A stretch of 64,000 nt of DNA from Candidatus Omnitrophota bacterium (GCA_015233115.1 JADFYJ010000003.1:104536-168535), one strand, 5' to 3'; numbered from the stretch's first letter, positions 29,301 through 37,614 are shown. Numbers and translations are program-made. The notes: a model not told the origin generated them from the letters alone.

Positions 29301-30376
29301 TTTCGGGCGAATATCCGGAAAATTGGGCGGGACAAGTTAAAGCGTTGCTGGAAGGCGGCCAAGGTTATGTGGTTTTAGATGCGGCGGATCAAGACTCGAA
29401 AATAAGTTCTCGGTTTAACCGGGCTTTTAAAAGAGTTGAAGATATAAATGCGCGGTCTTTTTCCGGTGAATTTTCCGTTTACCCCGGAAGCTTGAATAAA
29501 CTTTTTTATGTCAGAGATGAGGCGATGATTTCAGATGAGGGAGACAGAAGTCAGGGATTGAATTCGTTCAGCGCTCCTGAGGAAAAATTGGAATTTGTTT
29601 ATAAAAAAATGATGGCGGAAAACGCTGGTCCAGTCAAAATGAAAGACAAAGCCTATCAACTGTCCAAAGAAATACTACAGCATCATATTCAGAAGGTCGC
29701 GGTAGTGGGAAAAGGATTATATTATCTGCCAATTTTTTTAGCTTTATCCGGATTGGAAGTTGTTTTTATAGACATGGATGCTTCGGTTAAAAATAATATG
29801 GATGCTTATATCAAATATTGCGAGGAAATATTTGGAGTTAGCGCGTTGAACTATCGGTCATATCAATTGGAATTTGGGAGCAGGGAAGGCGGGGTGGCAT
29901 TGCGCGGTGAAATGAATAAATTTGATTTGGTTACTATGGTTGATTTAGTCGGCGGCATCCCTCACGGCGTTGCTGGTTGGGCGGAACAAACCAAGGCATT
30001 ATTAAAAAATGGGAAGGGTTACGCGGTTTTAGATGTCGCGGAATTTTCGAATGAAAAAGCTCAATTAGAGTCTCGCTTTGCGGAGGTTTTTCCAAAATTG
30101 GCAAAAATATCCGGCGCTTATCAGGGAGAATATCTGACATTTCCCAGAAGTACAAATGTCCTTTTTTCCACCGGAGATGAAGAAGTAAACCCGGCTCAGG
30201 AGCGGGCTCCCGGCGGGATTGATTTTAATTCACAGTATTTAAATTTAAAAACCCGCGGCCAATCCGTGGATTTGAGTGTTGACCCCGCTCAACTGCAGCA
30301 AATTAATATTGAAGGTTTAATACCGGTCATCACTTCTATTGCCCTGGTCCCAAATCTTTCAGAAGTCCTTCGTTAG
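23357..30376 (+). CDS. Giant (2339 aa) secreted multi-module protein with D-x-A-M-delimited enzyme-like modules and GGIDFN C-terminal motif
   Basis: Signal peptide ending AHA; N-terminal domain with LWVNLSP and VWIVP; kinase-like, HAD, HATPase_c-like and methyltransferase-like modules; seven D-x-A-M motifs. Confidence 0.85.
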   Translation: MFKKSIVYFLICIFVLQNIVIPVRAHAQVSSVSASANVPFVPPLLSGIIVDSQKPFKFDFLLDTGNRKLNQEEMKSISNQLIKYFLAALTIPENKLWVNLSPAEPKRIVDTQLGQTAMGQEMLAEDFLLKKLTASVLSPENEAGRKFWDAVYEKIYENRREKTEERQATKNKATPSIVSNLSALVYPLSSDNFDIPVDILSRVWIVPSEAEIYQNGNKAYVVKARLKVMTERDYLRTQRDEKNKLIQENIIPVLEKEVNEGEQFAPLRQIYYSYILAMWYKKTLHNSIVANYADKQKISGIENGSPANIQKIYDQYLTAFRKGTQGIIKEEYDLNSQQIVPRKYLTGGVILQGKYKVNPDGAMLLKPYGQIFQVAGNFENSNLTDHAMINNLTATNDVPAMSLDYWKLKQMGLRQIGGGEQTQVESMEGWPFVVKSFWPYLTDREKNVAIYGYDVTGKSAGGLVAEFVYVKNYLNEVEKIIMRKAERTVDGELTRLIKEKHIKESKKILDEYFDLLSNLIRRGLFPWDAGFQHIGIIEGKQVVIDPGVFVKINDPLRWNSLALQLESRKETLEDQFHSPELADYFQTLIDAKGFTLNKIAESVGKIYGLDSPQSMPDISQDIAESITAADLENDRAMMVKKSVEAASAAQGRSIQEIPLISQVQKRKPIPDDVKIFVFDWDDTISKAVSEAASYIQAPVLAMLMTGKENSADLTAEEIEHGRQFFMNTLGRTDEQRYQDAIAFSSGKSEHFQIKELLKQYYKNQADFIASHLADWRREMNKHLVPGVLDFILTLREYGYKMYILSANAYLNELKVVDALGMGSYFFELKNVTNAGENNADFSKGAELEKLALREEVRPDQIVMIGDGSSDMRGAREAGTISLAVAEEFNKQLSMAEKFDPHIIIPDFRDVGTLVKILQLKAQQPLVAGDEKIISSSVVLPETRELFHWLNISMERTDVSLPYQLVLRPFFLNKRKTDFEDVMAPKPAGVKERYLAALPVPVPQRISIEKFSTQIKDPQTAKTGIELVLRRVRQLINAGQWIGPFGGYAKIKEYAVNVINDSAMIGDNSKARSYLKAARGRVLEYDPFLAALIIGHGGPLDFERDLSKYFKSFIKIKDHYNLQSFNFGEEVAIKEFDRYQTMSIDELGSVVSASLGAITRLQNVLESEAKNLSLKTLNKNLNDDAVRRERYFKELQRRYTSLFANKNFYEDNKAEIADYIKQYYVNTTIMMRAFWSKIEAKGWLNDDDPEVKEAWRDIKGFFDKWIPNFEHLAMFLDENFVNTWKKEGVTIDNLNNWLDPKDQIWDSKGNKYQVTFHGTQNKLEAFWPDKLVHLAIERLISNGYHAIEKNAAELDDQLEHVDLYLEQNEELAQKGQVKISIENPGRISYKVVTKDQISPIMDWELFCKYVIMSGWGWQINENEVRLGQWDQEHLKAYFESKAEQLLPILEHAQERSGLELDPEKGLPQILLLDHTRFNYSHGIGLPFAVRVFQRMGGKVEIKNTEHGKIPYTRFEITLPLSPENVFNDHAMMGRGHDASLEEMYRPTLWSEKESQLIGAEIAEETGWVESTPKNVFIPPDLKKQFSWMGDNPITVYSSAFARNIKCMVKIGYLFFMAEADYDDLPADIQTQIKHNVIWTQEYLPKTLLDHPQAWATILSMMMADLSAFHTIVEDQGEGILSAVALKLGVAKALIVSSQGDQKATINKNLYVNGINEEQVEIAAGTMARPEFLGEYLDDSLGKVIVVSNGEAHGSEKRQQIFNFIERFKDDLNTKAVILGSYAVDDEGAQAMRFDLNFALRKGLVTDNIFFKSPLVQVDNMAALFIPVHTLEMPAGLESKNFPYEQDKAMISDGQTLSQISASLDKLNYVYQAMIQRKADMSRVKAADILAEDILRHDIHKVVVVGTGLTYLPVLLSLSGLEVIFIDNDEAKKEAIDIYVHYWAEQFHVNVNYRSYKVAFGSSEAAAALKEDLNRFDLVTMVDFSGEYPENWAGQVKALLEGGQGYVVLDAADQDSKISSRFNRAFKRVEDINARSFSGEFSVYPGSLNKLFYVRDEAMISDEGDRSQGLNSFSAPEEKLEFVYKKMMAENAGPVKMKDKAYQLSKEILQHHIQKVAVVGKGLYYLPIFLALSGLEVVFIDMDASVKNNMDAYIKYCEEIFGVSALNYRSYQLEFGSREGGVALRGEMNKFDLVTMVDLVGGIPHGVAGWAEQTKALLKNGKGYAVLDVAEFSNEKAQLESRFAEVFPKLAKISGAYQGEYLTFPRSTNVLFSTGDEEVNPAQERAPGGIDFNSQYLNLKTRGQSVDLSVDPAQLQQINIEGLIPVITSIALVPNLSEVLR
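23829..23926 (-). repeat. Heptamer-arm inverted element inserted in frame within the giant CDS
   Basis: Minus strand reads AGACGATAGAGGATAGACGAGAGCTGATAGA-TTAGAAACGATTGATGG-T-rich-TCTTTCTTCTGTTTTCTCTCTTCTAT, the intergenic element architecture. Confidence 0.7.
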
Positions 30377-30466
30377 TTAAATAATGGCTAAAATCTTTAA
30401 TTGCGCTAATTGATTGGCTTAATTATGGCTAATTAAGTTGACAGGTTGGCTTAATTATGGCAAAAT
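30376..30466 (+). promoter_or_regulatory. Promoter (TTGACA-N17-CAAAAT) flanked by direct repeats TTGGCTTAATTATGGC
   Basis: 16-bp exact repeats at 30414-30429 and 30446-30461, degenerate third near 30376; TTGACA at 30438. Confidence 0.65.
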
Positions 30467-30492
30467 TATCCTGGATTATATGAAAGGAAATT

Positions 30493-31632
30493 ATGTTTAT
30501 TCAACGTGCCATAGCTGATTCTATTGAAAAACGGATTTTCCAAGATAATAAAATTATTATTCTTTATGGGCCCCGTCAATCAGGAAAAACAACGCTGGTT
30601 AAAAAAATTCTTGAGAATTTTTCTCATTTGAAAATTTTATCAATCAGCGGTGATGAATTAAAATATACAAATATTTTGTCTTCCCAGGATTTCGATAAAC
30701 TAAAATTATTGGTAACCGGTTATGACCTTCTTTTCCTCGATGAAGCTCAGCGGATACCCAACATCGGCATTAACCTAAAAATTCTTCACGATAATTTGCC
30801 TGATTTAAAAATTATTGCCACTGGCTCGTCTTCGTTTGATTTGGCTAATAAAATTAAAGAGCCGTTAACCGGTAGGACTTGGACGTACACGTTATTTCCG
30901 ATTTCAGTTCAAGAGCTGGCAGTTAAAAACAATTCTTTTGAAATTGACCAACTTAAAGAACAACTTTTGGTTTTTGGATCCTATCCCAATATTTTTTCTA
31001 TTGAAAATATTAACAATAAAAAGCAATATTTGATAGAACTCGCGACTTCATATCTTTATAAAGATGTCTTAGAATTCGCGGCGATTAAACACGCTAGTAA
31101 AATTCACGATCTTTTAAAACTGCTGGCTTTTCAAATAGGATCAGAAGTGTCTATCACTGAACTCGCCCTGAATTTAGGCATCAATAAAGATACCGTTAAT
31201 ACATATATTGATTTACTTGAGAAAGCTTTTGTGGTGTTTCGTTTATCCGGATTCAGCCGCAACTTGCGTAAAGAAATTACTAAAATGGATAAAATTTATT
31301 TTTATGATCTTGGCGTGCGAAATATTATCATTGAAAATCTAAATTTTTTAGACAGCCGCGACGATGTCGGTAAATTATGGGAAAATTTTTTGATGATTGA
31401 ACGGAAAAAACATTCCATTTACAATCAAATATTTTCTGGCCAGTATTTTTGGCGTACCTATTCGGGAAGTGAGTTAGACTATATTGAAGAACGGGATGGT
31501 AAATTATTCGGATATGAATTTAAATATTCGTTTAAAAAACATTCGAAAGCCCCTGCGGCTTGGATCAAAACTTATCCGGAAAGTTCGTTTGAGTGTGTTG
31601 ATCAAAATAATTGGCAAAAATTTGTGATTTAA
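30493..31632 (+). CDS. AAA+ ATP-binding protein with DUF4143 and C-terminal PD-(D/E)xK-like motif
   Basis: GPRQSGKTT, LFLDEAQ, TGSSS, LTGR, KIYFYDLG, LWEN, ELDYIEE..YEFK. Confidence 0.9.
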   Translation: MFIQRAIADSIEKRIFQDNKIIILYGPRQSGKTTLVKKILENFSHLKILSISGDELKYTNILSSQDFDKLKLLVTGYDLLFLDEAQRIPNIGINLKILHDNLPDLKIIATGSSSFDLANKIKEPLTGRTWTYTLFPISVQELAVKNNSFEIDQLKEQLLVFGSYPNIFSIENINNKKQYLIELATSYLYKDVLEFAAIKHASKIHDLLKLLAFQIGSEVSITELALNLGINKDTVNTYIDLLEKAFVVFRLSGFSRNLRKEITKMDKIYFYDLGVRNIIIENLNFLDSRDDVGKLWENFLMIERKKHSIYNQIFSGQYFWRTYSGSELDYIEERDGKLFGYEFKYSFKKHSKAPAAWIKTYPESSFECVDQNNWQKFVI

Positions 31633-31734
31633 TTCAAAGTATTATTTAAAATTAAAGTTAATTTATTATATTGCGGTCAGTTTACTTTTCGATACCATGT
31701 TACCCGGTATCCATTTAAAATAAGAGGAGAGAGC

Positions 31735-32046
31735 ATGCCACAAGATTTAGGAAAAACTTCTTTGGGGCTGGACCCCAAAATGGTTGCGGTCATGGGATAC
31801 AGCGTCGGATGGGTGACGGGTATAGTTTTTTATCTTTTGGAATCAGAGAACAAATACGTCAGATTTCACGCGGCGCAATCGATGGTCGTGTTCGGGGTTT
31901 TTAATATTCTGATATATTTGCCTTTTGTGGGTTTGTTGGTGGGAGCGGCTGGAGTTGTGGTGTGGATTTTGCTTATGGTGAAAGCTTACCAAGGGGTGTA
32001 CTATAAACTGCCGTTTGCGGGGGATATGGCAGAGAAATATAAATAA
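31735..32046 (+). CDS. DUF4870 family small membrane protein
   Basis: KTSLGLD, YVRFHAAQS, KAYQG..YKLP. Confidence 0.8.
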   Translation: MPQDLGKTSLGLDPKMVAVMGYSVGWVTGIVFYLLESENKYVRFHAAQSMVVFGVFNILIYLPFVGLLVGAAGVVVWILLMVKAYQGVYYKLPFAGDMAEKYK

Positions 32047-32058
32047 TAGATAAGCGTC

Positions 32059-32177
32059 GTAGGGGCGATCTCCCGATCGCCCGTTAATAAATTTTTTATT
32101 TTTGGCTTTTGTTTTTAAAATTAATTTATTGAAAAAAGCGATAATTTTGTGACGGGCGATCGGGCGATCTCCCCTAC
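32059..32177. repeat. REPIN-like pair of inverted GTAG-class REPs
   Basis: GTAGGGGCGATCTCCCGATCGCCCGT ... ACGGGCGATCGGGCGATCTCCCCTAC; single copy at 50508-50533. Confidence 0.88.
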
Positions 32178-32207
32178 GAACGAAAAAAAATATATAAGGA
32201 CCAGTTT

Positions 32208-33716
32208 ATGTATTTTAAATTTTTAATTTTTTTTTGTGCCGGCTTATTGAATGTCGGACATACGTTCGCTTCGGATGAAAGCCGTTTATATAATCCGGTG
32301 TCCGTGCCGTATTTTCGGGTATTGGCTCAAGTCCGGGAATCCGAAAGGAAATTGGTTTTTTCTCCTTCCGCGGATTCTTTATTTGATGTTTTAACTCAAG
32401 TGGATGGGTTGCAAAAAGAATTTTTAAAAATTCATTCTAAAGCGGAAGAAGTGGTTGATCCTTCCTTGTTGGAAAAATTAAATCAGGGAATTATTCGGTT
32501 TCAGCAGGATTTAACCAATAACAAAAATATTATTGAGCAAAATAGTGAGCTGGCCCAGGCCCAGGCTAACGCGTTCGCGAGAATATTGGTAGAGTTGAAA
32601 CAATGGCGCAAAGATGTTAAAGGCCGTGCGGAGCAAGTGATCGCTTCATCAAGGAAATCCGGCGGGGATATGGATCCGGTGGCGTTATGGGTTAACCGGA
32701 CAAATGTTTTAAATCTTTTGGTTGAATCTGTACAGGAAATTCAGATCGGAGCGGGTAAAGCATTTTCGAGTGAACAGAAAAAAAATTCGGAAGTTAAAGT
32801 CCATTTGGACCAGGTGGTTGAAACTATTAAAGTATTAAGCGTTAACTTTGATCAACCTGAAGACTTGAAACGTGTTGAAAAAATTAAGTACGCGTTTAAT
32901 GAATTTGACCGGGCGACTGTTCAATATTTAGCTTCATCTCAAAAATTTCAGGAAAAACTCAGCGGCACCTGGGATAGTCTCAATGATTTGGAACGGTTGA
33001 GCGCTGTCGTATTTTCGTCGAAAAAGATCAATGCCTCAGCCGTTGGACCCAACAGTTCCGGCCTTTTGATGACATTATTTATTCCGCTAGCCGTTGGCAT
33101 CGCGATTATTTTGATTGTCATGGCCATTGTCATTAAACCCATGCGTAAAATAGAGCAAATGATAAAAAACACATCTATTTCTCCTGCTGTGAAAGTAGAA
33201 TCGTTGGAGAGATCATCCCCTGCGGTTTTGGCAGCGGAAGGACATTTTCCGACGCCAGAACAGATTAAGATGGTTGAACAGCCTAAATTCGCGCCTATCC
33301 GTGGTTTGCCGCCAGCGGCTAAAAATCAGATTAAGGCCCTTAAAGAAATTGTTTTTCAGGCGAATTTGTTTCCGTTAAGCAAAGTGGTTGATAACGCGCG
33401 ATTAGGAATATATGGAACTGCTTTGGAGAAAGAAGCTCAGGGATTATGCCTGTCAGCGAAAAAATTAACTCAATTAGAACATCAGGCAGAACAAGGGATC
33501 TATGCTGAAACGGAATATTTGAAAAAAGGCGAAGATTATTCTGTTCAGACCCGTGAAGTTTTTGAAGGAATAGTTATTTTAGCCCAAGCGATAAGGGAAA
33601 GTTTTGACCGTTTAGTCAAAGGGGTTAAAGAACAAAGTCATGGCGGGGAGGAAAAATTTCCCTCATCAGAAAATTTAGAGAGAGCCATCGGACAATTCTA
33701 TGAACAGAGGCGATGA
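32208..33716 (+). CDS. Membrane-anchored helical protein with degenerate methyl-accepting chemotaxis signalling segment
   Basis: Signal peptide, coiled-coil region, TM (LFIPLAVGIAIILIVMAIVI), IVFQANLFPLSKVVDNARLG resembling the MCP hairpin tip. Confidence 0.6.
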   Translation: MYFKFLIFFCAGLLNVGHTFASDESRLYNPVSVPYFRVLAQVRESERKLVFSPSADSLFDVLTQVDGLQKEFLKIHSKAEEVVDPSLLEKLNQGIIRFQQDLTNNKNIIEQNSELAQAQANAFARILVELKQWRKDVKGRAEQVIASSRKSGGDMDPVALWVNRTNVLNLLVESVQEIQIGAGKAFSSEQKKNSEVKVHLDQVVETIKVLSVNFDQPEDLKRVEKIKYAFNEFDRATVQYLASSQKFQEKLSGTWDSLNDLERLSAVVFSSKKINASAVGPNSSGLLMTLFIPLAVGIAIILIVMAIVIKPMRKIEQMIKNTSISPAVKVESLERSSPAVLAAEGHFPTPEQIKMVEQPKFAPIRGLPPAAKNQIKALKEIVFQANLFPLSKVVDNARLGIYGTALEKEAQGLCLSAKKLTQLEHQAEQGIYAETEYLKKGEDYSVQTREVFEGIVILAQAIRESFDRLVKGVKEQSHGGEEKFPSSENLERAIGQFYEQRR

Positions 33717-35964
33717 CGCAAAATTGATTTGTGATATAGCCGAACTTACTGCCTTATTTTCCGACGCGCAGAGTTTAGAAACATTGTTTGAACGGACAGT
33801 CAAGATGATCGCGCAGCATATGCATTCGGAAGTCTGTTCGATTTATTTGTTCTCTGACGCGGAGCAGGAATTAATTTTAAAAGCGAATACGGGGTTAAAC
33901 CCGGATTTGATCGGCAAGGTGCGCATGAAGCTGGGGGAAGGATTAACCGGTTTGGCGTTGAAAGATTTTACTCCCGTCTGCGAACGTCAGGCCAGCAAGA
34001 ACCCCAATTTTAAATTTTTTGTCGGCCTGGGAGAAGAGTTGTTTGAATCGTTTTTAGCTGTACCTATCGCCCGCGGCCGCGTGCGGATTGGCGTATTGGT
34101 GGTTCAAAATAAACAAAGTCATTATTTTACTGAGCGGGATATTACGGTTTTAAAAGCGATCAGTTCTCAATTAGGGAATACCATTGAGATGGTACGGCTG
34201 ATTATGGCTGTAGATGAGCCGGAGGCCCAGTCTCAGGCTTTGGAACAAAAACCAGAATTAAAATTTGTAAAAGGGAAAGTCGGGTCTAAAGGTTTTGGGT
34301 ATGCACCAGTTTTTGTTTTAGATGTAAAGCAAAGTTTATGGGACCGGTATCGGACTTATTTTGATAAGGTGTATACACGGGAAGATGTTTTGACTGCGGT
34401 GAAGACGACTGAGGATCAGTTGCGGCACATGCAAAAACAGGTTGAAGTGGCGCTGTTCGATGTGGCGTCTTTGATTTTTTCCGCGCAGATTTTAATGCTT
34501 AAAGATCAGGTATTTATTAACGCGATCACGGAGCGGGTTAAGCAGGGCGCTCCAGCGGTCCGCGCGATTATTGATGTTCTCAATGATTATGTTAAAAAAT
34601 TCGAGGCTGTTCCGAACGCGTATTTACGGGAAAAAAGCCGGGATGTGATTGATATTGGCCGGCGCTTTTTGAATAATTTAGTAGGGGTTGATAAAAAAGA
34701 AAATGATTTTCATGATCGGATTGTGGTCGCGGATGAGCTTTATCCGTCGGATATTCTAAAGCTGTATTCGCAAAAAGTTCAGGGCGTTGTGGTTTTACAT
34801 GGCGGGGAAACCGCGCATGTTTCGATTCTCGCACAGTCCCTGCAGATTCCTCTGATTATCGCGGATGTCAGAGATTTATTGAGATTAAACAGGGATGACC
34901 GGATTTTGCTTGACGCGGAACAAGGAAATATTTACGTTAATCCTTCTGAAGAAGTTGTGGGGAATTTTAAGGCCAAGATGCGGCTGGAAGATGAGCTTAA
35001 AACTGTAAAAAATTTATTAGTGGATCAGGTGAGCACGTCTGACGGAATACAGATTCATTTGATGGCGAATATTAATTTGTTGGGAGAAGTTCCCCGTGCC
35101 TTAGAATTTAAAGCGGAAGGCGTGGGATTGTACCGTACCGAATTTCCGTTTATCGTTAGAAGTGATTTTCCGTCGGAAGAAGAACAATATGTGATCTACC
35201 GTAAACTCGTTGAACAGATGCAGGGTAAAGAAATTACGTTCCGTACTCTGGACATAGGGGGAGATAAAGTATTGTCGTATTTTGATGATCATCAGAAGGA
35301 AAAAAATCCTTATCTGGGTTTGCGGTCAATCCGTTTTTCTTTACGCCATAAAGATATTTTTAATCAGCAGATCCGGGCTATTTTACGGGCTGGAGTTAAC
35401 GGAAATGTCCGGATCATGTTTCCTATGGTGGGATCTTTGGATGAATTCATGGATGCGAAACAGCTTGTTTTAGACGGTATTCATTCGTTTAAAGCGGCCC
35501 ATATTCCGCATAATGCGGCGCCGCGGATTGGGATGATGGTAGAAATACCGTCGGTGATCAGCATTATAGATGATTTCGTGAAAGTCGCGGATTTTTTAAG
35601 TATTGGCACGAATGATTTTATTCAGTACATGCTCGCGGTAGACCGTTCAAATGAAAAAGTCGCGGATCTATATATTCCTTATCATCCGGCAGTGTTGCGT
35701 GGGTTCCAAACTATTGTCGTAGCGGCACAGAAACAGCATAAGGATGTTTCGGTGTGCGGGGATATGGCACATGATCCGCGGTTCGTCCCATTTTTTATCG
35801 GCATAGGAGTAAGAAAATTAAGTATTAATCCCAACAACATGTACAAAATTCAACAAGCGGTTAAAAATGTTTCGTTAAAAGGCGCGGAACTTTTTGCGCA
35901 GGAAGTTTTAGCATTAAGCCGTATTGATGATTTGGCTAAAAAATTTGGAGAAAGGATCGCATGA
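33700..35964 (+). CDS. ptsP: GAF-domain PEP--protein phosphotransferase (EI-Ntr-like)
   Basis: N-terminal GAF, GGETAHVSILA phospho-His, GVGLYRTEF, RTLDIGGDK, SIGTNDFIQY, VSVCGDMA. Confidence 0.92.
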   Translation: MNRGDDAKLICDIAELTALFSDAQSLETLFERTVKMIAQHMHSEVCSIYLFSDAEQELILKANTGLNPDLIGKVRMKLGEGLTGLALKDFTPVCERQASKNPNFKFFVGLGEELFESFLAVPIARGRVRIGVLVVQNKQSHYFTERDITVLKAISSQLGNTIEMVRLIMAVDEPEAQSQALEQKPELKFVKGKVGSKGFGYAPVFVLDVKQSLWDRYRTYFDKVYTREDVLTAVKTTEDQLRHMQKQVEVALFDVASLIFSAQILMLKDQVFINAITERVKQGAPAVRAIIDVLNDYVKKFEAVPNAYLREKSRDVIDIGRRFLNNLVGVDKKENDFHDRIVVADELYPSDILKLYSQKVQGVVVLHGGETAHVSILAQSLQIPLIIADVRDLLRLNRDDRILLDAEQGNIYVNPSEEVVGNFKAKMRLEDELKTVKNLLVDQVSTSDGIQIHLMANINLLGEVPRALEFKAEGVGLYRTEFPFIVRSDFPSEEEQYVIYRKLVEQMQGKEITFRTLDIGGDKVLSYFDDHQKEKNPYLGLRSIRFSLRHKDIFNQQIRAILRAGVNGNVRIMFPMVGSLDEFMDAKQLVLDGIHSFKAAHIPHNAAPRIGMMVEIPSVISIIDDFVKVADFLSIGTNDFIQYMLAVDRSNEKVADLYIPYHPAVLRGFQTIVVAAQKQHKDVSVCGDMAHDPRFVPFFIGIGVRKLSINPNNMYKIQQAVKNVSLKGAELFAQEVLALSRIDDLAKKFGERIA

Positions 35965-36581
35965 TCATGCAACACCTGGAGTACATTGTCATGGATGTGG
36001 AGACGACCGGACTTTATCCGGATAAGGGAGATCGGATTCTGGAGATAGCGGCAATCAAATGGACGAATGGCAAGATTAAGGGTGAATTTCATTCGATGAT
36101 CAATCCGCAGCGGCCATTGTCTTTTGAAGCCCAGCGGATTAATCATATTACCGACGACATGATTAAAGGCGCGCCCGTATCGAGTGAAATTTTACCGCAA
36201 TTAATTGAATTTGTGGGCGGGGGATGTGTGGTCGGGCATAATATTAAATTTGATCTTAATTTTATTTGTTACGAATTATCAAAGTGTTCACGGAAACTTA
36301 GGGATGAGACGCCGTCACTGGATACTTTAAAAATGGCGAGATATCTGATGCCGCATTTAAAAACATTTAAGCTTTCTGTATTGGCACAATATTTTGGAAT
36401 TCCTCTCGGAGAAACCCACCGGGCTTTGGCGGACGTAAAATTAACCGCGGATTTGTTTGGCCGGCTGGCAGAGATCGCGGGGGAGCAAAATATTTCAACG
36501 GCGAGCGAATTTGTAAAATTATTTGGCGTGGATAAACCTAAATTCGCTATGCAGTGTGTGGAACAGGGGAGCTTGTTTTAA
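35961..36581 (+). CDS. DEDDh 3'-5' exonuclease (DnaQ-like)
   Basis: MDVETTG, VGHNIKFD, HRALAD. Confidence 0.9.
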   Translation: MIMQHLEYIVMDVETTGLYPDKGDRILEIAAIKWTNGKIKGEFHSMINPQRPLSFEAQRINHITDDMIKGAPVSSEILPQLIEFVGGGCVVGHNIKFDLNFICYELSKCSRKLRDETPSLDTLKMARYLMPHLKTFKLSVLAQYFGIPLGETHRALADVKLTADLFGRLAEIAGEQNISTASEFVKLFGVDKPKFAMQCVEQGSLF

Positions 36582-36686
36582 AAGAGGTAAACGGGGTAAA
36601 GGTGATAAAGGTAGTAAAGGAACAAGCGATTGGTTAAAAAATTGTTGACCAAAAACCAACAACTAAAAACCATCAACCAATAAACA
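36582..36686. repeat. Family F nonamer arm (GGTAAAGGT-like) plus motif and heptamer arm
   Basis: AAGAGGTAAACGGGGTAAAGGTGATAAAGGTAGTAAAGG-AACAAGCGATTGG; similar arm at 51261; AACCAAC/AACCATC/AACCAAT units near 36655-36686. Confidence 0.65.
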
Positions 36687-36694
36687 ATTTATTT

Positions 36695-37423
36695 ATGAAT
36701 TTAATTCTGTTATTTGATGATGATTTTATTTCTGACCGGCGAGTCAGGTTGACGGGTAGACGACATCGGCATATTTATGAAATCCATAAGCCAGTTTTGG
36801 GTGAGACCTTAAAAGTCGGATTGTTGAATGGGAAAATGGGACAGGGTGTTGTAACCGGTATTTCTGATGAGACTGTGGACATGGCGGTTGTGTTAGACTA
36901 TGATCCTCCCCAGCCATTGGAGGCCACTCTTATGATCGCCATGCATCGGCCGATTGTACTGAAAAGAGTTTTGTACACAGCGGCGATGATGGGTGTGAAA
37001 AAAATCATTGTGTTTCATTCATACCGGGTGGAAAAAAGTTTTTGGAATAGTTCATTGTTGAAAAATGAAGAATGGAAAGACCAGCTGATTTTGGGATTAG
37101 AACAAGCGTGCGATACCGTGATGCCGGAAGTGATTTTTCAAAGAAAATTCAAGCCATTTTTTGAAGATGAGGTTCCCTCCTTAATCCGCGGCACAACAGC
37201 TTTAGTCGCGCATCCGGGCGGAAAATTATTTTGTCCTTCGACGTTATCCGTTCCTTTGACCATAGCTGTGGGACCGGAAGGTGGTTTTATTGACTATGAA
37301 GTTGACCTGTTAAAAAAAATTGGTTTTATGCCGATAGGACTGGGGCCGAGGATTTTGCGGGTTGAAACAGCTGTACCGGTGCTACTAGGAGGAATTTTAT
37401 GTGGGAATTTTATTGGTCATTAG
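36695..37423 (+). CDS. rsmE: 16S rRNA m3U1498 methyltransferase
   Basis: LEQACDT, AVGPEGGF, LGPRILRVETA. Confidence 0.9.
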   Translation: MNLILLFDDDFISDRRVRLTGRRHRHIYEIHKPVLGETLKVGLLNGKMGQGVVTGISDETVDMAVVLDYDPPQPLEATLMIAMHRPIVLKRVLYTAAMMGVKKIIVFHSYRVEKSFWNSSLLKNEEWKDQLILGLEQACDTVMPEVIFQRKFKPFFEDEVPSLIRGTTALVAHPGGKLFCPSTLSVPLTIAVGPEGGFIDYEVDLLKKIGFMPIGLGPRILRVETAVPVLLGGILCGNFIGH

Positions 37424-37596
37424 CGTATATCGCGGTATTTGTGGTTTGTATTACATCCAGGATGGAACGCGGCCTAAAATTGTTTTCATTGTTGGTCATA
37501 TCATTAACTTTGCTGTGGATCCAGCACCCGGTGTGGCTGGCACGGGCAATTTATCATGTTAAAATGTTTTTCTGTTCTAAAGGGCTCTGTCATTAA
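37399..37596 (+). CDS. Small hydrophobic hypothetical protein
   Basis: AGGAGG RBS before ATG, two hydrophobic segments. Confidence 0.55.
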   Translation: MWEFYWSLAYIAVFVVCITSRMERGLKLFSLLVISLTLLWIQHPVWLARAIYHVKMFFCSKGLCH

Positions 37597-37614
37597 AATA
37601 AATATTGGTATTCA

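Noticed and set aside
28889-30190. Diversity-generating retroelement TR/VR pair
   Set aside because: The duplicated modules are both coding, differences are not confined to adenines, and no reverse transcriptase is in the window
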